Below the pieces are notes generated by a model, which was not told where the DNA came from, did no database searches, and was given only the letters and a program-made list of their open reading frames with translations. Below, in pieces: positions 50,501 to 57,689 of a stretch of DNA of 64,000 bases (its first letter is position 1; the number at the start of each line of letters is the position of its first letter). The DNA comes from an uncultured Clostridia bacterium. Its GTDB lineage: Bacteria > Bacillota > Clostridia > TANB77 > CAG-508. The stretch is taken from assembly GCA_934183325.1 (NCBI GenBank), contig CAKPSH010000007.1, positions 1,029 through 65,028 on the forward strand, in the 5' to 3' direction. Both the position numbers and the translations under genes were made by a program.

Positions 50501-51321
50501 GTTTCACCATTTTCTAACTTTTCCTCTATCTCTTTTGATTCATTTACTTCTTTTTCAATTTTTTTTGCCATCACCGCTTTCGTTCCTCTTTTGCGAATCC
50601 CTTCCTCCATTGTGTCACCTGTTATTGCATCTTTGAGTCCTCCAGCAAAAAAAATTTTTCCCCCCATTGCCAAATCTAGTATGTCTTCCCCTACGTCTAA
50701 CACTATCTCTGATAATTCCATATCCTGTCCATCTTCTATTTTATTACCAAAAGCACTAAGTAACTGTGATTTTACACCAGTTGACTCTTCCGCATTTTTT
50801 TGAAACTTTTCTTTTAAATTTATTTTTCCATCTTTTGAAAAGTATCCTACAGTGTGCAAAGTTGCTGTCACACCTGGTATTCTTTCCATTAAATCTTCAC
50901 ATGCAAATGAAAGAATTCCACTCCAATTTTTGTTATTAATATCATTTTCAAATTTTTGCATAGCTTCTGTATCTTCTTGCATTTCTCTTGTTACTAGTAT
51001 ATTAATTCCTAAGTTAGTAGCTAGTTCTTTGATTTCTGCATTATCAACACCATCTGAGGCTTCATCAACAAATTTTACAACTGTGTTAAAAATATTCTTG
51101 GTTTTTGCATCTTTAAAATAACTTTTAGCACCTTCTATTGTTATTTCTGCTGGCAATTTCATTTCCTCAGGAAGCATTGTTATAAAATATTCTTCACTGT
51201 TCATCTCTTGCCCTTTAGTTACTCTTTTAGTGGCTTCTTGTACTGCTGTTTCTCCTACTCCTCCAACTCCATCAAGAACACCTTTACCTGTCTTTTTTAT
51301 TACATATACAGTTCTTCCCAT
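47590..51321 (-). CDS. very large (1243 aa) protein with a central zincin-type HExxH motif; function unknown
   Basis: AGAGGGGA SD. No signal peptide or TM segment. Gly/Ala-rich helical region at about aa 350-520. THEALH at aa 683-688 (nt 49258-49272), with a candidate third ligand in GANEGLTEW 33 residues later. Charged low-complexity tail. Confidence 0.8.
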   Translation of the reverse strand: MGRTVYVIKKTGKGVLDGVGGVGETAVQEATKRVTKGQEMNSEEYFITMLPEEMKLPAEITIEGAKSYFKDAKTKNIFNTVVKFVDEASDGVDNAEIKELATNLGINILVTREMQEDTEAMQKFENDINNKNWSGILSFACEDLMERIPGVTATLHTVGYFSKDGKINLKEKFQKNAEESTGVKSQLLSAFGNKIEDGQDMELSEIVLDVGEDILDLAMGGKIFFAGGLKDAITGDTMEEGIRKRGTKAVMAKKIEKEVNESKEIEEKLENGETTIPKVIIKKIGSTFTNAIDSYVEEVVPEIKGFYTIGNTVGKMYPEQTKEAVKQANEAISEPLRNMQEKLDEEGANYGKVTQVLGDVGQNLGNMGVSAAAGVVAGPEAGLATMAVSARGRSTAEAMEKGASLEEAVEIGNMKAAVEVGTEKLTGGVNVFGKGTLDDIANGLTKNIKNQVLKKLAEKCMEVSGEVLEETISDIVDTAIDRNTVDPNAEYTLSDWQNTALVTSLSTLAMNAITNGNFKLKQRASKDNTIQTSSENRTGVSDTKDIGLESEKSPTSDSKEKLQQMLEVGERVDEQEVHQEGMQRNIVIKQGVYNQEVKEKISQFIEQQLNEYEAFEKVYGKEFIRKKLKENIRSVYTNEQGTAWAGYYNGTNKALTICREGKNGTMLTIEDILNDREISHVATHEALHAILNRKEDKGTGILSNRIDNTDHYREIGRGANEGLTEWMCSKLGYNDIRYETETNYINQLEQAIGEKNVLRMGKGNFNEMAQILNLNQEELIEFFSKIDQIEIDESKIRNLSNLNDAISILNRKKSYGAEQISWAENYLEKSDTYRGIENDPDYIQFLQERGLTSTETVKQNYFEQKLAEIQSSRKQNIADVDNEIFDRYFKREYEQIKGRETIPDKLFEKYSKLSQSINTTDAKYNGEYMGDVTAFNRNFFFLRQRQFNQFLDEQAEKMNNGTFSMEDINEAKKRIREFYPENGVDEVGYKERYNEFLGEVLGEENKLAVINLIQQLESTGKLNELPQYQIIATEMQQQNSSSQENGTKGNILLKNGKIIPEEMTLREYSSIAGAFEKFKRTVQAIDPNAKIEWSGKNIAVSSGNAVSFFRIENNEIVSVFATNSTNFDKLNEMSKTNEADKNNEGKKDETKKDNSTSKKQSFWKRLKQWISNKKNGTKALPEGNTEDNVEDEMKNKKEKFLNRIIDEAKTDGIMEYSNSDQSNTIELQNPNRDENDDEYDRTG

Positions 51322-51346
51322 TATTTTCCCCTCTTATGTTTATATC

Positions 51347-51589
51347 TTAATATACTCTTTCATCTTCTATTTCTTGTATTTCTCTCAATCTTTTTAATGT
51401 TTTATCATCTTGTACTTCATAACATTCTCCATTATCAAATTCAAAATACACATATTTAAATTTTGAATCATCTTCTACTTTTATTGCTTTTATATATTCT
51501 TTTCCACAATCTTTAAATAACGTAATAAATCCTACGTTTTTTTCTTTTCTTAGACGTTCTTTTAATTCCATTCTTTCGATATAATCCAC
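51347..51589 (-). CDS. hypothetical 80-aa protein co-transcribed with the large HExxH protein
   Basis: GTG start 8 nt after GGGAGG. Ends 25 nt before the large gene. Confidence 0.6.
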   Translation of the reverse strand: MDYIERMELKERLRKEKNVGFITLFKDCGKEYIKAIKVEDDSKFKYVYFEFDNGECYEVQDDKTLKRLREIQEIEDERVY

Positions 51590-51681
51590 TTTTATTTCCT
51601 CCCTTTTTATTTTACCATATAGTTTAATTTTTTTGCAATATTTAAAATATTTTTTATACTAATCAAACACGTTTGCAATTT

Positions 51682-51733
51682 TTCTAAGGAAACTCACTAT
51701 TTCATAGATGACTTTCCTAAGAATATAAAAAAA
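51682..51733 (+). repeat. terminator-associated repeat, copy 5 (terminator-proximal 52 bp only)
   Basis: TTCTAAGGAAACTCACTATTTCATAGATGACTTTCCTAAGAATATAAAAAAA. Begins exactly at the second internal TTCTAAG of the full unit. Confidence 0.85.
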
Positions 51734-51774
51734 GTATATATTAGTTATTATCAACTTAATATATACTTTTTCAT

Positions 51775-52161
51775 TTATTTTTCATTTACACAATTAATTT
51801 CATATTTTTTTACATTTGCATATTTATATTTAATTTCAAATTCTTTACTTTCTCCTGCTTTTAAATTTGTTACTTCATAGTATTCTGTTCCCATATTAGT
51901 ATCCACTTTAGAAAATAAATCTAATTTTATATAAACTTTTTCTATATCTTGTTCTGTATTATTTTTTATAATTCCTTTTGCATATCCGTTTACATCCGTT
52001 GTTTTTACATCTGTCATAACAATCTCTGGTGTAGCAGATTTAATTTCTCCTGATATTGCTTTATATGTATTTCTTATTCCTACTTTTATCATAAAATCTG
52101 AAAAAAATATAAAAATTATAATTAATATTGCAAACATCATTATTTGTTTAAATCTAGCCAT
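51775..52161 (-). CDS. membrane-anchored protein with a small beta-rich ectodomain
   Basis: ORF 51775-52170, start moved to MARFKQ (ATG 52161), 10 nt after GGGGGA. One N-terminal TM helix. Terminator 51731-51769 shares its U-tract with repeat copy 5. Confidence 0.6.
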   Translation of the reverse strand: MARFKQIMMFAILIIIFIFFSDFMIKVGIRNTYKAISGEIKSATPEIVMTDVKTTDVNGYAKGIIKNNTEQDIEKVYIKLDLFSKVDTNMGTEYYEVTNLKAGESKEFEIKYKYANVKKYEINCVNEK

Positions 52162-52179
52162 TTTATACATTCCCCCTTT

Positions 52180-53967
52180 TTATTGTTGATATTTAATTAA
52201 GTTTTTTAAATTTGCTTCTTCTTTTACTTTTTCTAAAAATTCTTCTAATGACATTGCTCCAATGTCTCCTTCAACTCTTGAACGTACACCAACAGTATTG
52301 TTTTCCTGTTCTTTTTTTCCAATTACTATCATATAAGGAACTTTTTCAAGTTGAGCTTTTCTTATTTTATAGCCTATCTTTTCGTTAGAATCATCTAATT
52401 CTACTCTCATTCCAGCTAATCTTAAATCTCTTGTAACATTTTTTGCATACTCATTATTGTCTTCTGATATTTGTAAAACTTTTATTTGAACTGGTGCTAG
52501 CCATAAAGGTAAAGCTCCTTTTGTCTCTTCAATTAAGAATGACATAAATCTGTCTAATGTTCCAAGTATTGCTCTATGAATTACGACTGGTCTATGTTCT
52601 TTTCCATCTTCTCCTATATACTCTAGTTCAAATCTTTGTGGTAACAAGAAGTCTAATTGACATGTTGAAACTGTTATATCATGGCCTAAGGCTGTTTTTA
52701 TTTGTACATCTAATTTTGGTCCATAAAATGCTGCTTCTCCTTTTGCTTCATAGAAATCTACATTTAATTCTGTTAATATTTCTCTTAATTGGTTTTCTGC
52801 ATTATCCCACATCTCATCATCATCGTAATATTTTACTTTATCTTCTTTATCTCTTAAAGATAATCTAAATGAATAATCTTTAAATCCAAAGTCTTCATAT
52901 ACTGAAAGAATTAATTTTACAACATTTCCAAATTCTTCTTTTATTTGATCTGGTCTTACAAATAAATGTGCATCATTTTGACACATTTCACGAACTCTTT
53001 CAAGTCCACAAACTGTACCACTAGCTTCATATCTAAAGTCATGTGCTAATTCACCAATTCTTATTGGTAATTCTCTATATGAATGTGTTTTATTTTTATA
53101 TACTAACATATGATGTGGACAATTCATAGGTCTTAAAACTAATTGTTCATTTTCCATTTGCATTACTGGGAACATGCTATCCTTATAATGAGCCCAATGT
53201 CCACTTGTTTCATATAACTTTACATTTGCAAGTGATGGTGTATAAACATGCTTGTATCCTAAAGCTATTTCTTTATCTTGAATATATCTTTCTAATATTC
53301 TTCTAATTGTTGCTCCGTTTGGTAAATACATTGGTAATCCTGAACCAACTAACTCATGTGTCATAAATAGTTCTAGTTCTTTTCCTATTTTTCTATGATC
53401 TCTTTGTTTTGCTTCTTCTAATTTTGCTAAATATTCATCTAATTGAGATTGTTTTGGAAAAGAAATACCATATATTCTTTTTAGCATTTTATTCTTTTCA
53501 TTACCTCTCCAATATGCTCCTGATGTAGATAATAATTTTATGCTTTTTACACATCCTGTTGTTGGTAAATGAGGTCCCCTACATAAATCTGTATATTCTC
53601 CTTGTTTATAAAAAGAGATAATTTCTCCTTCTGGTAATTCTTTAATTAACTCTACTTTATAATCTTGTCCTTGTTCTTCCATAAGCTTTATTGCTTCGTC
53701 TTTTGGAAGCTCAAATCTTTCTATTGGTAAATTTTCTTTTTCAATTTTTTTCATTTCTTCTTCTATTTTTAATAAATCCTCATCTGAAAAAGAATTTTCA
53801 ACATCAAAATCATAATAAAAACCATTTTCTATTGATGGTCCTATTGCCATTTTTGCTTCTGGAAATAATCTTTTAACAGCTTGTGCCATCATATGTGATG
53901 TTGTATGCCAATACATACTTTCCTCTACTTCTCTTGTTTTTCCGCCTTCTAATTTAATTTTAAACAT
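52180..53967 (-). CDS. thrS: threonine--tRNA ligase
   Basis: ORF 52180-54000, start moved to MFKIKLEGG (ATG 53967) after AAGGAGG. Editing-domain HTTSHMMAQA, class II core (FRYEASG, GEAAFYGPKLD) and anticodon-binding domain. Confidence 0.95.
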   Translation of the reverse strand: MFKIKLEGGKTREVEESMYWHTTSHMMAQAVKRLFPEAKMAIGPSIENGFYYDFDVENSFSDEDLLKIEEEMKKIEKENLPIERFELPKDEAIKLMEEQGQDYKVELIKELPEGEIISFYKQGEYTDLCRGPHLPTTGCVKSIKLLSTSGAYWRGNEKNKMLKRIYGISFPKQSQLDEYLAKLEEAKQRDHRKIGKELELFMTHELVGSGLPMYLPNGATIRRILERYIQDKEIALGYKHVYTPSLANVKLYETSGHWAHYKDSMFPVMQMENEQLVLRPMNCPHHMLVYKNKTHSYRELPIRIGELAHDFRYEASGTVCGLERVREMCQNDAHLFVRPDQIKEEFGNVVKLILSVYEDFGFKDYSFRLSLRDKEDKVKYYDDDEMWDNAENQLREILTELNVDFYEAKGEAAFYGPKLDVQIKTALGHDITVSTCQLDFLLPQRFELEYIGEDGKEHRPVVIHRAILGTLDRFMSFLIEETKGALPLWLAPVQIKVLQISEDNNEYAKNVTRDLRLAGMRVELDDSNEKIGYKIRKAQLEKVPYMIVIGKKEQENNTVGVRSRVEGDIGAMSLEEFLEKVKEEANLKNLIKYQQ

Positions 53968-53989
53968 AAATAAAACCTCCTTTTTTATA

Positions 53990-54195
53990 AACACACACAA
54001 AACCCCTATAGGATTTTGTACATCCTATAGGGGTAATACATTCAATATTACGGTTCCACCCTAATGTTTAACTTAATTCTAGATTTTATCGATAATCCTA
54101 AACGCTAACTTTTCAGCTAGGAACTCCAAGGTAGTTTTTCAAATATGTTTTCTAAAATTAGTTTTCAGCCACGACTAATTCTCTCTGTTAGTAAC
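53990..54195 (-). promoter_or_regulatory. T-box leader (Thr) with terminator/antiterminator
   Basis: Minus strand carries the T-box sequence AGGGTGGAACCGTAATATTG (54063-54046). The terminator is CCCCTATAGGAT/ATCCTATAGGGG (54033-54003) plus a U-tract. There is an AGAGA motif near 54185 and candidate specifier ACU/ACC at 54135-54130. The 5' limit is approximate. Confidence 0.75.
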
Positions 54196-55326
54196 CTCTA
54201 TTTTACTTCCGTCCTCTTCAACATTCTTTAAATTATCTTTATTATACTCTCTTACTTCTCTCTTGTCAATATTTTCTTCAATAAGATGTACTGCTGTTGG
54301 TGGCATAGCTAATTTTATATTTTTATCTTCTAATAATTTTATAATACTTAAATTTACTTTTGTTTTAAAATTTAAAAACTCAGTATAATCAACAATACTT
54401 AGATATGCAAATATCTCTATTTTTATTGCATTTTGTGTAATTTCATTTATATAAACAATTACTGAATTTGCCATTACTTCTGTATTACTATATAATAGCA
54501 TTTTTATAGACTCCATTAATTCTTTTACTTTTATTGAGCTTGTATCTAGTGGAATTCCATAGCTTAATGCTAACTTTCTTTTTTCTATTTTTGAAATATT
54601 AATTACTGCCCCACTTACAATTTTTGCATTTTGTATTGTTACAATTGTATTATCAGTCATCCTAATCTTTGTGCTTCTAAATTTAATATCTATTACTGTT
54701 CCTTCATAATCTCCTATTCTCACATAATCTCCAAGTTCAAAAGGCTTATCTGAGACAATTGCCATTCCACTAAGTAAATTTTCTACCAGTTCTTGAGCAG
54801 CAAGTGCGATTACCACACTGCTTAATCCTAAACCTGTTATTAATCCACTTAAATCATATCCTAAATCTGCTATTATCATAAATCCTGCTATTATATATAC
54901 TACTGCTTTTATTATTTTGCTTACAACTCCAATTGTAATTTTATTTTCAGAAAGCCTTTCACTTTTTCCTACTTTTTTCATTATCTTTGATTCTGGAGAT
55001 ATTAATTCAGAAATAATTCTTGTTACACTTATTATAATAACAATTCTTAAAATTTTACTGCATAAACTAAACCAGCTAGCTTCTAAATTCAATATTAATA
55101 GTGCAATATATACACCAATACATATAAAAATAGTTTTTAATCCTTTACTTGTTTCACTATTTTTTAGCTTCTGTTTTTCGCTTCCCTTAACCTTAAAAAT
55201 TTTTATAATCATATTTGAAAATACATTTCTCATAATATAAAATAATATGATTATACCTATAGCTATTAGAACATCTATTAATTCTTTTTGCTTTATTGTT
55301 TCAATAAAATTGTTTATTTGCTCCAT
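54175..55326 (-). CDS. mechanosensitive ion channel (MscS family)
   Basis: 383 aa. N-terminal TM helices followed by the MscS beta-domain pattern (PFELGDYVRIGDYEGTVIDIKFRSTKIR). TAG stop. Confidence 0.88.
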   Translation of the reverse strand: MEQINNFIETIKQKELIDVLIAIGIIILFYIMRNVFSNMIIKIFKVKGSEKQKLKNSETSKGLKTIFICIGVYIALLILNLEASWFSLCSKILRIVIIISVTRIISELISPESKIMKKVGKSERLSENKITIGVVSKIIKAVVYIIAGFMIIADLGYDLSGLITGLGLSSVVIALAAQELVENLLSGMAIVSDKPFELGDYVRIGDYEGTVIDIKFRSTKIRMTDNTIVTIQNAKIVSGAVINISKIEKRKLALSYGIPLDTSSIKVKELMESIKMLLYSNTEVMANSVIVYINEITQNAIKIEIFAYLSIVDYTEFLNFKTKVNLSIIKLLEDKNIKLAMPPTAVHLIEENIDKREVREYNKDNLKNVEEDGSKIEVTNREN

Positions 55327-55429
55327 ATTTTATTCCCTTCTTCTTTATAAATTGTTTTTATATTTTATAATATACATTTAAAAAAATCAATACAAAATAT
55401 AGCTAACTTTCCTAAAACAAAAACAGATA

Positions 55430-55500
55430 TAAAAAACAAGAATAACATTTTCTAAGGAAACTCACTATTTCATAGATGACTTTTCTAAGAATATAAAAAA
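55430..55500 (+). repeat. terminator-associated repeat, copy 6 (internal 50-bp deletion)
   Basis: Both ends of the unit are present, but the segment between the two TTCTAAG direct repeats is missing. Confidence 0.85.
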
Positions 55501-55536
55501 ACCGATGGTGGTGATCTTTCGACCACCACCATCGGT
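55495..55536 (-). terminator. GC-rich terminator of island cassette A
   Basis: 13-bp stem, ACCGATGGTGGTG (55501-55513) with CACCACCATCGGT (55524-55536). Its U-tract is the A-run that ends repeat copy 6. Confidence 0.85.
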
Positions 55537-55543
55537 TTAGGTA

Positions 55544-55927
55544 TTACTTATCGCAATATGCAATTGCGATAATATTAACACCTTCAGTGTTTGTGTATGC
55601 ACACAAGCGCATCCACGAACCTTCCTTATACTGGAAGTCCTTAGAATACTTCCAGTGCTTGGTGCCAATCATTGCCTCTGCCGGGCAATCATACTTGCGT
55701 ACTCTCACCACACAGCTGAGACCACTGAGATAGTTAAGGAAGTTAAAGACTTCCGCCTTCAGTTCCTTATTTTTCAGAATCCCAATTACTTGGGACCCCT
55801 TGCTATTGTTGGGACATTGCCACGTCAGGTCATGTCCACCATCAGCTCTAAACTGGCTATTAGCCAGTTCAGCTTCACCATCGGTTTTCCACTCGACAGC
55901 GCCAAACTCAAGCTCCTCGTAGGGCAT
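55544..55927 (-). CDS. island cassette A: small cytoplasmic protein (127 aa), unknown family
   Basis: ORF 55544-55954, start moved to MPYEELEF (ATG 55927) after AAGGAGGG. GC-rich coding DNA (29/60 at 55801-55860). Shares a C-terminal core with cassettes B-D. Confidence 0.7.
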   Translation of the reverse strand: MPYEELEFGAVEWKTDGEAELANSQFRADGGHDLTWQCPNNSKGSQVIGILKNKELKAEVFNFLNYLSGLSCVVRVRKYDCPAEAMIGTKHWKYSKDFQYKEGSWMRLCAYTNTEGVNIIAIAYCDK

Positions 55928-55980
55928 AAAGCCCTCCTTTCTTTCTCTGCTCACGGAACTTTTCCGTTCTTGCTTTTTAT

Positions 55981-56009
55981 ATTATACAATTTTATGTAAA
56001 TTTTGTCAA
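55981..56009 (-). promoter_or_regulatory. promoter of cassette A
   Basis: Minus strand reads TTGACA (56009-56004), 17 nt, TATAAT (55986-55981). Full sequence TTGACAAAATTTACATAAAATTGTATAAT. Confidence 0.6.
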
Positions 56010-56116
56010 ATTCTAAATATAAACTAAATATTAATAGCATTTACATTAGCAAAAATCTTTTACTTTTCATCCTTATTTTATAAGTCATCTTTCTTATACA
56101 ATATTTATATAACACA

Positions 56117-56140
56117 ATGAGGTGGCCTAAGCCACCTCAT
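56117..56140 (-). terminator. terminator hairpin of cassette B
   Basis: ATGAGGTGGC-CTAA-GCCACCTCAT. Same sequence as the cassette C hairpin. The U-tract is weak. Confidence 0.6.
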
Positions 56141-56158
56141 CGTGTTTGATGGGATATT

Positions 56159-56557
56159 TTAACGATTGCGCTGAGAGAATGCAATGTTCAGCGCCTTTCT
56201 GCCATCATCCATGGTATAGCCACAGATTTCAGCAAAATACCGAACACTAGAAATCTCAATCCCCCTGTTCCAGTTTTTTACACCCTCGACTGTGTCGAGG
56301 ATGCAATCATAGAAGCGAACATTGACGACCTCGTATTCAACAAAGTCAACAAAGTTCATCAAGCGGAATAATTCCCGTCTCAGTGCGTCGTCAGACATGA
56401 GTATTTTGGTAGGGGACATCACTGCATTTTCAGGCTTCCTCCATACCTTCTCACTCTTTCCTTCTGACCCTTTGTAGAGGTAATTAGCCTCTTCACTATA
56501 AGGATCTTTTTCCCATCGGGTCTTCTCGAATCGAAGACCATCAGAGTAAACAGACAT
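56159..56557 (-). CDS. island cassette B: small cytoplasmic protein (132 aa), paralog of C
   Basis: GAGGAG SD (56569-56564) and ATG 56557. MSVYSDGLRFEKTRWEKDPY... GC-rich coding DNA. Confidence 0.7.
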   Translation of the reverse strand: MSVYSDGLRFEKTRWEKDPYSEEANYLYKGSEGKSEKVWRKPENAVMSPTKILMSDDALRRELFRLMNFVDFVEYEVVNVRFYDCILDTVEGVKNWNRGIEISSVRYFAEICGYTMDDGRKALNIAFSQRNR

Positions 56558-56610
56558 ATATGTCTCCTCTCTTTAATGACTCACAGAACCACTCTGGTCT
56601 TGTCTTTTTT

Positions 56611-56639
56611 ATTATACAATTTTATGTTAATTTTGTCAA
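56611..56639 (-). promoter_or_regulatory. promoter of cassette B
   Basis: TTGACA (56639-56634), 17 nt, TATAAT (56616-56611). Full sequence TTGACAAAATTAACATAAAATTGTATAAT. Confidence 0.6.
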
Positions 56640-56665
56640 ATCTAAAATGCCTACATATATCAATA

Positions 56666-56689
56666 ATGAGGTGGCCTAAGCCACCTCAT
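56666..56689 (-). terminator. terminator hairpin of cassette C
   Basis: ATGAGGTGGC-CTAA-GCCACCTCAT, identical to the hairpin at 56117-56140. Confidence 0.6.
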
Positions 56690-56713
56690 CGTGTTTGATG
56701 GGATATTCAGCTA

Positions 56714-57151
56714 TTAACGCTTAACAAATGCAATATTCAGGGCCTTTCTGCCATCCTCCATGGTACAACCACAGATTTCGGTAAAATACCAAAGACTAGG
56801 AATCTTGATTCCTCCCTTCCATTCTTTTACACCTTCAACCTTATCGAGGATACAATCATAGCAGCGAACATTGACGACCTCATATTCAACAAATTCAATA
56901 AAGTTCATGAGATGGAACAATTCATCTCTCAGACCCACATCAGATAAAAGTTTCTTGGTTGGCGACATTACCTCTCCTTCAGGCTTACGCCAAACCTTAT
57001 CCTTCTTTCCATTTGCCTCTCCTTTAGGCCCACGCCAAACAATCTCATTCTTTCCTCTTGCCTCTTTATAGAGGTAATTAGCCTCCTCGCAATATGGGTC
57101 TCTCTCCCATCTCGTCTTCTCGAATCGAAGACCATCAGAGTAAACAGACAT
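56714..57151 (-). CDS. island cassette C: small cytoplasmic protein (145 aa), paralog of B with a 13-aa internal repeat
   Basis: MSVYSDGLRFEKTRWERDPY... Differs from B at 2 of the first 29 residues. Contains GKNEIVWRGPKGEAN followed by GKKDKVWRKPEGEV. Confidence 0.7.
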   Translation of the reverse strand: MSVYSDGLRFEKTRWERDPYCEEANYLYKEARGKNEIVWRGPKGEANGKKDKVWRKPEGEVMSPTKKLLSDVGLRDELFHLMNFIEFVEYEVVNVRCYDCILDKVEGVKEWKGGIKIPSLWYFTEICGCTMEDGRKALNIAFVKR

Positions 57152-57204
57152 ATATGTCTCCTCTCTTTAAAGACTCACAGAACCACTCTGGTCTTGTCTT
57201 TTTT

Positions 57205-57233
57205 ATTATACAATTTTATGTAACTTTTGTCAA
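57205..57233 (-). promoter_or_regulatory. promoter of cassette C
   Basis: TTGACA (57233-57228), 17 nt, TATAAT (57210-57205). Leader is nearly identical to that of B. Confidence 0.6.
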
Positions 57234-57280
57234 TTTTTTAAATTTTTTCCGTTGACTTTTTTATTTTTATTACTGTATAA

Positions 57281-57321
57281 CAAAAACTCAAAGGTCTATG
57301 GCGTAGCCATAGACCTTTGAG
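57281..57321 (-). terminator. terminator of cassette D
   Basis: 16-bp stem, CTCAAAGGTCTATGGC (57287-57302) with GCCATAGACCTTTGAG (57306-57321). U-tract on the minus strand (A-run 57282-57286). Confidence 0.85.
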
Positions 57322-57322
57322 T

Positions 57323-57628
57323 TTAGAGTTTCACAACTGCAACCTTTGCCTGTTTATCGAAATGGCAAATTTTTGCAATAAAACGCTTGCCAGAAACTAC
57401 AACTGGACCTTTCCAGCCTTCCGTTTCTTTAGCTAAAACCTCCTTGTCGCGGTACAGTCTCATGAAGACTACATCTCCCTCATTCAAGAACCCCCTCATT
57501 CTCCACAGCAGCTCCGTATCTTTGAATATGTCGCATGCTTTGAACTCGCTGACATACCATCTCATAGGCATATCAAATTCTTTAATCCGTTCGATGTTCT
57601 TAGGATTTGTAATACGGCTCCAGCCCAT
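57323..57628 (-). CDS. island cassette D: small cytoplasmic protein (101 aa), distant paralog of A-C
   Basis: GAGGAG SD 8 nt from ATG 57628. MGWSRITNPKNIERIKEF... GC-rich coding DNA. Confidence 0.65.
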   Translation of the reverse strand: MGWSRITNPKNIERIKEFDMPMRWYVSEFKACDIFKDTELLWRMRGFLNEGDVVFMRLYRDKEVLAKETEGWKGPVVVSGKRFIAKICHFDKQAKVAVVKL

Positions 57629-57689
57629 TTTGCATTCTCCTCACTCTTTTTTTGTTTTGCAGGCAGGTTTCTCCTGTCTCGTATCTTTA

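Noticed and set aside
18801-55500. The dispersed ~118-bp repeat as a CRISPR array or as a protein-coding element
   Set aside because: Copies are kilobases apart, far longer than CRISPR repeats, and not regularly spaced, and no cas genes are present. The short ORF inside (MEELNFLMC...) has no SD, and its end differs with each flank.
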